Positions 1 to 21,140 of a stretch of DNA of 64,000 bases are shown here, piece by piece. The DNA is from Zootoca vivipara. Lineage: Eukaryota. The position numbers and the translations under genes were made by a program. The DNA lies in contig NC_083294.1 in the NCBI RefSeq assembly GCF_963506605.1, positions 31,186,001 to 31,250,000 on the forward strand, read 5' to 3'. Every line of letters begins with the position of its first letter. Within the stretch, counting starts at the first letter, position 1. The notes under the pieces were generated by a model. It worked only from the letters and a program-made list of their open reading frames with translations. It was not told the DNA's origin and did no database searches.

Positions 1-640
1 GTCAAATCTCCCATTTATTGGTACCTCCACAGGCACAGCTATTACAGCCAGTCATCACCCCAAATGACTCAAATCAAACCACACACAAAGATATCCAGTC
101 TTTTTGAAAACCACAGGGATAGAGAACCTGTGCTTCTCTAGATGCCACTGGACTTCAGCTCCCATCAGCCCAAGCCAGCATGGCCAGTGGTCAAGGATAA
201 TGGGAACTATAGTCTGTCAACATCTGGAGGGCAACAGGTTTCCCATCCTGGAAATAGCAGGACATGGTTGTTGGTTTTTTTTAGCATTTACTTGTGCTCT
301 TGTGGAGAAGAATAATGGAAAATGGTCCAAAGCCCAGTGACAGAATATTTGCTTTCATGGCAGAAGACCCCCTTGGCAACTCCCAAGTAGAGCTAACAGA
401 GACACCTGTCTCAAATTACCTTATCTGGAGCCACTGCCTGTCATTGTAGACAATTCTGAGGTATAAATGGACCAATGATGGTTTTTCTTCCCCTAGCACT
501 ATGGAGAATCTCAAGAGACAGCTCTCCATTCTGCCGTCAAGTTACTGGGAATCACAAGTGGGAAGAGTGCTGTTGTACTGAAATCCTGCTTTTAGGGCTT
601 CCCGGAGACATCCTGTTGGTCAGGATGCTGGACTAGATGA

Positions 641-5515
<4,875 letters not shown>

Positions 5516-5683
5516 ACTGCCATCATCCAATCGCTCTTTTACTACTGCTTATTTTTGTATGTTTGCTCCAGAATTTGTAGATGGACAATTAATGGATGAA
5601 TCCACATCATGACAAAAGTAACTGGATCTTTCAGACAATACCAGATTATTTTCGTCTGCCTCACGTGTAATAACTGGCTTGTA

Positions 5684-5910
5684 CAGTAGTACCTCGGGTT
5701 ACAGACGTTTCAGGTTACAAACGCTTCAGGTTACAGACTCCGCTAACCCAGAAATAGTACCTCTGGTTAAGAACTTTGCTTCAGGATGAGAACAGAAATT
5801 GTGCTCTGGCGGCGCGGCGGCAGCAGGAGGCCCCATTAGCTAAAGTGGTACCTCAGGTTAAGAACGGACCTCCAGAAGGAATTAAGTTCTTAACCAGAGG
5901 TACCACGGTG
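5684..5910. mobile_element. Tigger-like MITE in the BTK 3'UTR region
   Basis: CAGTAGTACCTC...GAGGTACCAC; inverted paralog at 26370-26592. Confidence 0.75.
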
Positions 5911-6268
5911 TATGAATTCACTGAAGTGCTAAAGAAGATCTAACTTATGACAGCAAGTGCTGGTTGGGTACTATTTTCCTCTTCAGCAGAGTAAATCCCT
6001 TTCAGTGCAGTATCATGGCTTTCTACCTGTAACTTGAAATGGCATTATGGGATTAAAAAAGGATGATGTAATTGTTTGGAAACTTGTTTTGCTATGATGA
6101 AATAACAATTACAAGAAATAATATGAAAATGAAATATATAAAAGGGAAATATACCTGATTGTTTTATCATCCTTTCTTGGATACTTTTACCACCACATCT
6201 TGCTGCCCTTTCCAATCACCCAGTCTTCTGCCATGTGCTTTCAATGGCCCAAGATGCAAATTTATTTA

Positions 6269-6449
6269 CCGTATATTCCAGCATATAATACAACTGGGCA
6301 CATAAGACGACCCCCAACTTTCCCAGTTAAAATATAGAGTTTGGGATATACTCGTATAAGAAATACGACCTGGCGTATAAGACGACCCCCGACTTTTGAG
6401 AAGATTTTCCTGGGTTAAAAAGTAGTCTTATACGCAGGAATATACAGTA
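6269..6449. mobile_element. Mariner/pogo-type MITE
   Basis: TA|CCGTATATTCC...GGAATATACAG|TA inverted ends. Confidence 0.65.
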
Positions 6450-7104
6450 TTTAGGTCAACATTTTGTTTAAAAGGTTGAATTTACAGTTACACTCATGCA
6501 CTCCACACATTCCCCATCCCATAAATTAGATTTGGTATGCTGATAAATATTCCACCGTGGCCCTTCTGCTGCAAAAGGAAGGGGAAAATCTCAACAAGGG
6601 GATGTGGATAGACTGAGGCTCCACTCCATGATAATAAAGGAACTGGGTTTTTAGCTTCTGCTAAATCAGAATTTGGTATCAAAGTGGGGGAAAGCCGAGT
6701 AGTTTACAACAACCCTGCAACATATCTGAGAGTGATTACAGTACAGAGAAGGGCGGCTGGGGAAGAAGGCTTGGAGACAGTAGCTCAAAACATCAATGTA
6801 ATGTAGCTCACTTCTCCCCGCATTGCATGGAGCAGAGATGAGGTTGAGAGAGAGAGGCTTACAACATGCATGCATTAGTATCTCCCACATTGCAGGATGC
6901 CAGGTGTGTGTTGAGGGTCAGAGCCAGAATTAATGGGGGCCTGAGGGCCATTATCTCTGCATTGCAGTGAAGTGGGGCAGAGGGTGTTTTGTGACATCTC
7001 TGCTGCAAACAGCTGCAGACAAGTCATCTTTGGTTATGAATTCACTCCATTTGCAGAGATCTCCAATAATGCTCTTTAGGACATTAATAAATATATATAT
7101 ATAT

Positions 7105-7296
7105 AATTGCCCAGTAGCACCTTAGAGACCAACTAAGTTTGTTCTGGGTATAAGCTTCCGTGTGCATGCACACTTCTTCAGATACTTCAGGTGTGCATGC
7201 ACACGGAAGCTTATTCTCAGAACTTAATTGGTGCTACTGGACAATTTTTAAAATTTATTTCGACTGCGTCAGACCAACACGGCTACCTACCTGAAT
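7105..7296. mobile_element. Penelope-like element terminal repeat in inverted arrangement
   Basis: GTAGCACCTTAGAGACCAACTAAG..GTGTGCATGCACAC followed by its inverted partial copy; homologous to 34184-34400. Confidence 0.65.
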
Positions 7297-7759
7297 TTAG
7301 GACATTAGTGAGGGGAGGTGCGTGGACCTCCAGATGTTCTTATTATTAATTAATTAATTATTAATTAATTAATACAATTATTAATACTAATTGTAACAAC
7401 CCTATACGCATTTTCCGGGGAGCTGCATCATGTCGCTTCCTTCTGAGTAGGCGCGCGTGAAGCCGAGCTGCGGAACCCACTGGCTTCTTGCCCGATGGCA
7501 ACTCTACCCTCCCCACCCACGCCGTAGCTCTATGGCCTAGCGCGCGCGCACAGCTCCGCCCACCGCCGGAAAGAGGAAGCGCTCTCGGATGAAGCCTTAC
7601 GCGCGCGGTGCACTCTGGAAGCGAAAGCTTATCGCGCACGCGCGGAGGGGACGGCCGGGGGCGGGGAATAGCAGCACGTGAAGGTCGCCGGCCAGAGCGC
7701 CGTCCTCCCTCCATTCCTTCCTTCGATCGGTCGCTGTCGGCTCACAGGTCGGGCCCGGC

Positions 7760-11616
<3,857 letters not shown>

Positions 11617-14014
11617 TTTGGATGCTGCAATGCCTCAGTTTCCTTCTTTAATGAGAAACCAACCAACTGAATGAAGGAGAGGAGGAGGTGGAGAACAAGG
11701 AGAACAAGCAGAAGAAAGGATCAAAAGTTGTGAAGGACATTGGCCTCCACATTCGAGACAGACTTCTGGGTTTCCTGGCCAACGTGAGCAGTTCTGGTTT
11801 TAAATTCCCATCTTGTGAACATTTAGCAGTCAGACAAGTGAAGCCTTGCTGATTCGCATGGGCTTGTGCTGCCCAGGTTTTTTAAATTTTGCTGTTGGAT
11901 AACAAGAGCTTCACACAGCAGAACTGTAGCATCAAACAACTTGCTTTCCCAGTGGTGTGGCCAGGGAAGCACACTTATCAATATTCAATAATTTCCTCCA
12001 TTTTGAAATGAAGGAAGCTGGGAGGTTTCAGACAAGAATGTTGATCCTGGGAAAAGCAAAGGTGCCTTGATATAAATTTCTCACCTGCAGCTTGAACATG
12101 TGGCTGAGTTGACCCTTTTGTAAACCGCAACTAGTGTTGCGGTTGAACAGAGGGAGGCTGACTTTGCTTGCTGTCATGTGCCATTTAAGGTGCATATTCA
12201 AGGCCTCCTTAACATAGCTAGGAAGAAGTAACCCCAGAGGACATGGGAACTGAATACCACTCATCTGGTCATGTAAATGTTTCACTTACCAAGTACAAAA
12301 GTCAATTTTAACTTTCTCCATTCCTTTCCTGCTGATCAGTGGAATAAACATCAATTAGATTCATTTTAAACTGCCTGTTGAGTCGGTGGTGATTCCTTCT
12401 GCTTTGATTGCTAGGGATTTAGAAATAGGAATGCTGTTGCTAGCAGTTATGGTGTTGGAATATGAGAATGCTGTGCTGTTAAAAGATAGTTTGAAATTCT
12501 CTTCTCACTGTCTGTTAGAGAAGCAGTCTCTGAGTTAAGCATACTAAGAGATACATCAATTGCTGGAAAGTCTACACAAATTATTAGTTCTCACCTCAGA
12601 CAGTTTTTATAACTAGCTATCCACTCGTATGTATATTACAAATGTTTGTTCCGCCTCACAAAACCCCCCATGTTTGGATAGCTTCCATTCTGTCTGGTCT
12701 AAATAGATCTTTACTTGCCACAAGTGACCATCTCAATAGTTGCATAGATACTGGCTAAGCCATTAATCAATTAATGCATAGGAGAGTATTGACCACACTG
12801 ACTGGCAGCAGGGTTTCAAACGGTGTCTCCCAGCCTTACCTGGAGATGCTGGGGATTGAGCTTGAGGCCTTCTGTGGGCAGCACAGAGGCTGTTCCCGTG
12901 AGCTACAGTCCCTTTACGTTGCATATGTATGCTGGCAAGAGAGGAGGGACAGCCCACTTAGTTTCTATGTTAAGCTCAGAGAGAGTACTCTATGCCTCCT
13001 CACTCAGCTTAATGACTATAATGTGCCTTGAATTCCTTGTTGCTTAAGGTTACCGGGCTGCAGCTTAAATATGAGGATGCTGTAAATGCATCAGGAAACA
13101 GGTGGCCTGTCTTTAGAAGATAGCTTAATATGGAAAGTCAAAGGCAGCCTACTTACAAAGTTTGCTGGTTTTAAAGTTCCTTATGAGCGCAACACCATGA
13201 TAGATGAAGCCAAACTCAGCGACATGTCCATGAGTGTTTCAGATCAGGAGGATAACACTACACATACCAGACCTGTTTTTTTAGCCTACCACGTATTGCA
13301 GAACTTGCGCAAATGCAGAAGCTCTTGAGTCTTCCAAACACTGGTGTTGCTGTCCTGCCCAGAAATGAGTGAGAAATCAAATCTTCAGTTTCTGCATTGG
13401 GTGAAGTTTTACTTACAAAGGTTTGGCGGATGCCTGAGCTGCAAGCAATATTGCAGGGGTGGGAAACCTGTGACTCTCCAGGTATTGATAGACTACAACT
13501 TCTACAATTGTTATTGATCACTGGGCAATGCTGGCTAGGGCTGATAAGAGCTGGAGTCCTCAGATGTCCTATACTGTATCTGCTTCACCTGCTTTATGTA
13601 TGGTGTGTGGATGTGCAGCAGATGCTGGTTCTTGGCTGTATTCCCCCCCCCATTACTGTTCTAATGTATTTGAACTGGTCTGATTTCTTGTTCAGTCCAC
13701 ATCTTGTTTATCCCAATAATATTCCTTTAAGGTGGATTGCTTAACTCATATTTGGAAGGGAGAACCAAGGTCAAGAAGGCAACTTGTCTAAGGTCACTGA
13801 CAGAGTTGTTCCTTCCCTATTTACAGAGTCATAAGGATCAGTAGAAGGAAATTAATTAATTCCTTAGTGTTTTTCAAAGAACTACCAGTATAGTTTTTCA
13901 TAGGACTTAAACCTTCATTTACAAGGGTTACAGTATGTTTGTTCTTCAAAAAACTGAGGAAACCTTCAGATCAATTCCTGGTTCTTCACCATTGTATTTG
14001 ACAATGGAGGAGTC

Positions 14015-14015
<1 letters not shown>

Positions 14016-14059
<44 letters not shown>

Positions 14060-14080
14060 CATCATCATCATCATTATTAT
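14016..14080. repeat. (ATT)n/(ATC)n microsatellite
   Basis: Seen directly. Confidence 0.95.
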
Positions 14081-16550
14081 TTCCGTTTTTAGCCTGCCTG
14101 CCTTCTTCCATTGAACTGAAGACTGCATGCATGGGGTTCCCAGATAGGAATCCATCCAGGCACTGGTCAGACCCAGACCTGCTTAGCTTTTGCAATGCGG
14201 TAGCCTCACGTGCTTCAGACCATGTCCTGTGACCCATACAATAGTAGTTTACTTAAAGGTCACCACCAGAGTCCCTGTGAATTCTCAACCCCAAACTCTT
14301 AAAATTGTGCAGTATTGTAGGTACATAGAAATTATTAGCCCAGGCAACATTCTGAGTGAAAGGGGGGAATTCTGCAACCTTTGCCAGGGTGATTGGAAGG
14401 ACTTACAGTGAAACTACAGGGCTTAACTAACTGTTAAGGACAAAGGACGGCATGCCATTATTTTAAAAAGAAAATGGAAAGTAGGCAATGCGTAAGAGCT
14501 GCTGCCCTCAGCTGTTAGAAACCAAGGGGATACCCAATGTTAAGACATGCTCAAAGTAAACCCACTGAAATAAACAGACTTAAATTACAGGTGGGGAACA
14601 TTTTGCATGGGGATTCCATTCCTGGCTCCCGTGCACATTGGTAGAGTACCTAAAGGACACCCCACCTCCATTCTGTCCTCTGGGTCCCAAAGGACCTGTG
14701 CGTCAGTGATTGCACTTAATTGGGTGCACCTAAAATGATCGCTGCTTGTACAGTACTTAAATCCACTGTTTTGATGGATTTATTTTGTGAGTATGACTAT
14801 GCTGGACATCACCTCAAGGCTTGTCGGCAGCCTGTTCGTGTGACTACCTTTATGGGTCCTGTGAGCCTCCTCACAGTGTGAAGGAATTAAAATATATCTG
14901 GGCCAAGTCTGTTGTGCAGCAGCAACATCTAAGCTTGTAGTGAGCCATCAGAAACGAGGTACTGGGTAGGAAAACTGATTTAAAAACAAATGGCTCCAAG
15001 TGATTCAGGTTTACAAGCATGGATGAAGGGCCAGAGTGTGATTTGGAAATTCATTCACAGTTTTTCGCCAAGAGAACTGCTTGCTTAAAAAGCCACTATG
15101 GGTGAAGGCTGGAAATGGCTAAAAGGTTGAATTGAACTGAATTGGTAACATTCAGCTAGCAAGAAGTCTAAATAAGTTTTGTTTTTTAAAAAAAAGCAAG
15201 TTTAGGGTTGTTGTTTTTTAAAAAATGTAATGAATTCTGCAACACTGTTAATGGCTGTACAAAGAAAAGTAACATTTATTTTAAATAAATTAACTTAACC
15301 TTAATACATCATCAACATTAAGTGATCATCAACACAGCCCCTGTGGCACTGGGCTTCCCTGACAACCAGTACCCTCTTGTTCTCCTCTTCCCCCACTGAA
15401 ATTAGAAATAAGCATTCTGTTGTAGCCAACAGAATATGTGCTTGTGTGTGTGTGTCTTACAACAGGTTCTCTGGTTTGCAAATATACCCAAGAGACATAG
15501 AAGGTTGGCAACCCCTGATAATAAAGAGAAGTTAATTTTTAAGTCACTTAAAATGCATTGTCCTTACATTCAGAAATTGGTGGAACACTGTTATTGTTAA
15601 GATCAGGCATATAAACAGAGTAGCAGCTGCATTCTCATAAGAGAGACTTGCATACTGAGTTAAAACAGTTATATTTTACAGAACTTCTGAGCATTCTGAT
15701 TCTCAAGTACACCAATGTAGAGCTCATTCAAGAGCTGAACTCATTGCTTATATCCTTGTTTTATCAGTGGGGCACTTTACATAATAGAGCCAAGCTTCTC
15801 CATACCCCAAGTGGTCTGCTGTCCATGCCAGCTTGTCCTTATGTTCTCATGTATCTTCCCTTAATCTGTGTTCTTTAAAATGACCCAGAGGAAGAAAACA
15901 CAGGGAGAAACCCTCTCTCTTGCACTCTTGTCTGTCCACATACTAGTCCTCTTGCTCATACACACATTTCTCTTACTTCTCCCATTCCCAGAGAGTTGAA
16001 TTACCTTCAGCAGTTTACAAGAGAAAGAGGAATTCTGCTGTGCATTCCTGCCTCTGACTAGAAGACTGAAGGGTTTTGCTGCTTCTTACTTTGCTTCTGC
16101 TTACTCTGCAACACCCCCTGAGCAATTCACATCCTCCTTACCAATGCCACATCACCCATTACTTTTGAAACTCGTTTTTTGTGTAGGGGCTGGCCCGAAA
16201 ACCCCTCAGGTGCACAGATTTTTGTCCCTGGTTTTCTTTCTTGTCCTCCACATCACTTCTGGGTGGATGCATGGAAGGGAATGCAGGAGACAGCAAGTTC
16301 AGCTCTAGGGCTGCCAATTGCTGAGCTCTAGTTTGACCTGATTTGGTCTCTAATTTGGTTCAAGTATGTTACCAGTGAAAGGACTCGCACATAAAAGCAT
16401 TTCAAATAGTTCAGTGTTGCTTATTAGAATCTGATTCAACTTTTCTAGTGGAAAACAGCAGCAGTCTTAAGAAGCTCTTTGGAACAGCTTAAAAATGGAT
16501 TGGGATATATCTTTTTTTAAGGCAACAGGCTATGTATAATGTGCTAGCTT

Positions 16551-17188
16551 TCATAAACTTTGGCCATATTGCTCCTCTGCTTTCTCTGTCCCCTCTTTGT
16601 GGGTATCCTCGGAGTCTAAAAGGGGCTGGTGAAGACAGGACTGATGCTTGCCCCCCTTTCTCCAAGAAGCTGCTCGCACATTTGTTTGGTTATCCTTCAG
16701 GAAAAGAGGCAGCAGGTCTGCAGTGAAGGGGATGTCTCTGAAAGCATGCAGTAGGAAGATGCCAAGGACAATGGTGAGGAAGCCACTGATGGTGCCAATG
16801 ATGTGCATCAGAACCAGATGCTGCCACTCCTTGAACAGAATGGCAGAGCAAGTCATAACTGCTGTGGTGAAGAGGACGTAATAGATGGGGGTGACTACAG
16901 ATGTGTTGAAGATATCCAACGCCTTGTTCAGGTAGTTGATCTGGACGCTGATGGAGATCACAAGGCAAATAAAAAGCAAATAGCTCAACGGTTCCTTCCA
17001 GACAGGCTTCCCAGCAAACAGTTCTTTCAGGGCAATACCCAAGCCTTTCGCAGATGAGACAGAGAGCGAACCAATGGCAGAGCAGATCAAAACATACACT
17101 AAGACGTTGCTATGTCCATAGCGAGGCCCAGCCACAAAGATGAGAAGAGCTGAACTCACCAGCATGCACACAGCAAACACTATAAACC
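16551..17188 (-). CDS. NIPA2-like last coding exon
   Basis: Multi-TM segment to the stop at 16551 (track ORF 16551..17222). Confidence 0.93.
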
Positions 17189-18678
17189 CTGTAGAGGAGA
17201 GAGGAAAAATTGTTAAGGACAATCTGAATCTTTTAGGTGTAGCTTACTTCTGCAGGATGTAGACAGTTTTGTTCAGATCAATCAGTGCACAAGCTACATT
17301 CAGTTAGTAGAATCTGGTGCTTTAGAATTCTTATCTCACTGGTATGGTTCAAAGCCAACTAAATATCATCAGTGGCCGAATAAAGAGAATAAAATAGATG
17401 CTATAAAAATTATGCGCTCACAGGTTACTGATTATCAACATGAGTTTTCATTCAATGAAATTAAGGAAAGCACTCAATTTCTGTCAAGTCCCCCTTCCCC
17501 AAAATGGTATTCTGTTGGTGTACAATAGGTAAATGAAGTTGGGCAGTTAATACCTGGATCCTTTAGTTTCTCCGCCATTGACTCCAGGCTGGAGACCTCT
17601 TCCTCCTGTGGGGCATGGATGACCATCACAGTGGAGCCTAAAATGCTAAGGATACAGCCGATCTTCCCATGGATGTTTAGGTGCTCGTTCAGGAAGTAGG
17701 AGGCTAAAACTGCACTATAAGAAGATACAACTGTGTTGAGGAAAGACCTGAGACTGGCATGTTGGTCTCCAGAAAAGGGCTTAGGGATTGGGAAACATCT
17801 GATCATGTGCTTACCTGACTAAAACACTTAGTGCTCCTAGAGGAGTGACCAGTGTTGCTGGGGCAAAAGCATATGCAGCAAAGTTGGCAACTTCTCCAAT
17901 TCCCACTGCAAGTGAAGCAGTTTGCCATTGGCAAAAAAATAATGTTAACAAAGAGCAAATTTCATCTCCTTTGAAACAGATTCACACCTGACTACACCCT
18001 CATGGTGGGTAAGAAAATCAGGTGACTAGCAGAAGTCTTCTAAATTCAACATTATCCCCTCCACCTCCTGTCAGTAATCTACAAATGACCAAGTTATTAG
18101 GCAGGCTAGTAATGATTTTAAATGATGATGATGTGCACCATCCATTTGTAGATGCCCCAGCCACTCTGGTTTAATTTGCAAGGCTGCTTTATGATAAAGC
18201 TCATTATACCAAGGAACTCATTGGGAGCTACTGGAGGTCATGTAAGAAGGCAAAGGGAATAATTAAAGTTGTTGAAATGTAGATGAAGATGGTAAAACCT
18301 TGCATGGAAGTACTTACTAGTTAGCAGCCCTGCCCACCACATCCATTCCTTCAGATATGCATGACCCCCTAGACCTGTGAAGAGAGAAACGAAACCAAAG
18401 GTGAAGTTTAAATGAAAACAGAAGCTGGCCTGGAAAACCTTTTCAAACTCTTAAGCAGCATGGAGAGCCTGGTTTCTGGGATTTTTCCCATCCACAACAG
18501 ATGGCATGGTAACTGTGAGCTCCTATTCAATATTATTACCTGCTCTGAGAGCACCTCTGCTACTTAGCTTGAGAAGTCCCTTCTTCTTTAGGATAAAACT
18601 TCCTCCAATGAACAGGCTAGAGCTGAGAGCCAGGCCCAGTCCGATGTAGAAGTCGTAACGTCCCATTGAGTCCTCCAT
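16551..18678 (-). CDS. Magnesium transporter NIPA2-like (361 aa), spliced: 18678-18540, 18374-18318, 17905-17815, 17714-17554, 17188-16551
   Basis: The protein reads [109 protein letters not shown]../[34 protein letters not shown]. Exon sizes 139/57/91/161 and their phases are as in NIPA2. The frame is intact. Confidence 0.95.
17554..17714 (-). CDS. NIPA2-like coding exon 4
   Basis: 161 bp, [31 protein letters not shown]. Confidence 0.92.
17815..17905 (-). CDS. NIPA2-like coding exon 3
   Basis: 91 bp, [25 protein letters not shown]. Confidence 0.92.
18318..18374 (-). CDS. NIPA2-like coding exon 2
   Basis: 57 bp, [15 protein letters not shown], ag/gtaagt. Confidence 0.92.
18540..18678 (-). 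CDS. NIPA2-like coding exon 1
   Basis: ATG at 18678; ends GCAG|gtaat. Confidence 0.9.
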
Positions 18679-19728
18679 TTTAATCACCTCAAGTTTTGAG
18701 AGAGAGAGAGAAAGATCAGGGTGTAAATGTCTGTTTCAGAAGAACAGCCATGTTGAATATGCAATAGCAGGAAGCCAAAAATACACTGATGCAACACTGG
18801 CAGGTAACACGTCCTATGAAAGGTTCACTAAATAAGCATTCTGTCATACAAGCAACTCATGTTCTACCGGTACCTACATGCTTCCAATGGACACAATGTC
18901 CTTTAAGTAGAAGTTATTTTTCTGTGAAGTGGCCCAATGTTCCTTAATAGGGTAAGCATAGTTAGCCTCCCTTTGCTACTTTTGACAGAAGGAAAAAGGG
19001 GATATTTTTCTCCTTTAGGCTTCAAATACTCTAGGGGTGCACTGGTATAATCATAACTTTATAAGTACTATTTATCTCTCTTGTACTACAGGTGATGTGG
19101 GAACTACTTGTTAATGATCTTCCATAAGTCTTTTGAATGGCAAGTGAATACCTGAAAAAGGGTCTATATTTATCCCCCTTCCAGGTAATGTTGTAATACT
19201 TAGGTGTCTGTGTTTGAGACCAAGACTCAGTTGACTTTTGGGCGTTTGTAAGCTAGCAGAATTTTGGGTGTTGGCTGTGTCTCTCCGGAGATCTGGAGTT
19301 GCGCCAAACACATATTAAAAAAATTCGGGTTGCACAATTAAAAGTTGCTTTGGCACCCACTTAAAACAAAAAAACCCAAGCCTGGAACTTTTGGGCTACA
19401 AATGCTCTGGAAACCAGATGGGGGGCGGGCGGCGGAGGAAATAACTGGACATTAAATAACCTCTCCACAAACCAATCAGGATGAATGTTCAATAAACAGA
19501 TTGCCTGGAGCATCAAACTTTATGGCGAGTGTTCAGCCCCTAAACTCAACCTGCGTATTTGCAATTAAACACAAATAATACAAAATGCCAGTCAGTAAGT
19601 CTCCATATACCAATATACTCTTAGCTGTTTTGTAGGCTGCCTTGAAAGCTCCGGAGTAGTTAGGCGGCAAATTTTACTTTAGATACACGCGCGCGCCAAC
19701 CACAAACCAAGGTAACAAAAAACATTAA

Positions 19729-20469
19729 GAGGAATTAAAGAACCTTTTAATGAGGGTGAAAGAGGAGAGCGCAAAATATGGTCTGAAGCTCAACATCAAA
19801 AAAACTAAGATCATGGCCACTGGTCCCATCACCTCCTGGCAAATAGAAGGGGAAGAAATGGAGGCAGTGAGAGATTTTACTTTCTTGGGCTCCTTGATTA
19901 CTGCAGATGGTGACAGCAGTCACGAAATTAAAAGACGCCTGCTTCTTGGGAGAAAAGCAATGACAAACCTAGACAGCATCTTAAAAAGCAGAGACATCAC
20001 CTTGCCGACAAAGGTCCGTATAGTTAAAGCTATGGTTTTCCCAGTAGTGATGTATGGAAGTGAGAGCTGGACCATAAAGAAGGCTGATCACCAAAGAATT
20101 GATGCTTTTGAATTATGGTGCTGGAAGAGACTCTTGAGAGTCCCATGGACTGCAAGAAGATCAAACCTATCCATTCTTAAGGAAATCAGCCGAGTGCTCA
20201 CTGGAAGGACAGATCCTGAAGCTGAGGCTCCAATACTTTGGCCACCTCATGAGAAGAGAAGACTCCCTGGAAAAGACCCTGATGTTGGGAAAGATGGAGG
20301 GCACAAGGAGAAGGGGACGACAGAGGACGAGATGGTTGGACAGTGTTCTCGAAGCTACGAACATGAGTCTGACCAAACTGCGGGAGGCAGTGCAAGACAG
20401 GAATGCCTGGCGTGCTCTGGTCCATGGGGTCACGAAGAGTCGGACACGACTAAACGACTAAACAACAAC
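19729..20469 (+). mobile_element. BovB LINE 3' fragment in the probable 5' intron of the NIPA2-like gene
   Basis: GLKLNIKKTKIMA..MVFPVVMYGSESWTIKKA; tail ACGACTAAACAACAAC; flanking direct repeat. Confidence 0.95.
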
Positions 20470-20689
20470 ACACGCGCGCGCCAACCACAAACCACCAAGG
20501 TAACATAAAACATTAAAGGAGCTTACTACTTTGGGCGGAAAAGCAGTCACGCCCCTGCTGTTTCCCCAGCCAAGTAACACCCGTCCCTAATTTTTTTTTG
20601 GGGGGGGGGAAATTACAGGTAAAGTAAGATTGTAAGGGACCAAGGCCACTCCGGATTTATTAATCTGGATTTTTGAAAGGAAGCTTTCC

Positions 20690-21140
20690 GCGGTTCCCCT
20701 GAGGGCGAGGGCCCCCCCTAAACCTTAGGTGAGCAGGGAGGTCGAGGCCTGTCTAAGGGCGGCGGGTGGGGTGGGGCGCGCCGGTACCTGTCTCTGCCGT
20801 CGCTCTCTTCCCTGTCAGCAGCAGCTGCCGGCCGGCCTCCCTCGCCGTCCCTTCCTCTCTCCGCCTCCTCCGCCCCGTGGCCGCCAGTTCCGCTTCCGGG
20901 GCTTCCGGGGCGGGGCAGGAGTGGTCGGCTTTGAGGTACAGGGCGGCGGGCAGCCGGTGAGTGACGGGGGAAGCGGGAGTGGACGAGGCGCGTTCCCCGT
21001 GTGTGTGTGGGGGGGGAGGGTAGGCCTCACCTGAGCACTGCTGTTCCCAAGCGCAGCTCACCGAGGCCTCCGCCGGCCCCAGATCCCTCTCTAGACCCTT
21101 CCTTTCCTTTCTCTGGATTTTTTTCTTTCTCCGCGCCATC
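20690..21140. promoter_or_regulatory. CpG island, probable bidirectional promoter of NIPA2-like (-) and TAF7 (+)
   Basis: CpG-rich, with tandem ETS/GABP cores (CTTCCGG at 20893 and 20902) and a GC box at 20907-20915. Candidate first-exon donors face outward: CCG|gtgagt at 20956/7 on +, and CAG|gtacc at 20788/7 on -. Confidence 0.7.

Noticed and set aside
13946-14237. Poly-Ile / poly-Asn ORFs (also 38446-38640, 60868-61113)
   Set aside because: They are translations of trinucleotide microsatellites.
19455-19510. Sequence shared with 37500-37600 and 53380-53480 as a conserved regulatory element
   Set aside because: Its multi-copy dispersed occurrence with internal tandem units points to an unclassified interspersed repeat.
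19750-20508. 252-aa ORF (and ORFs 8941-10377) as host genes
   Set aside because: These are truncated, frameshifted BovB reverse-transcriptase remnants.
20753-21139. 128-aa minus-strand ORF (MARRKKKIQ..) with a strong donor at 21031 as an N-terminal NIPA exon
   Set aside because: Splicing to the acceptor at 18687 gives an immediate stop (G-GT GAT TAA), and there is no recognisable homology. At most it is a uORF in a GC-rich island.
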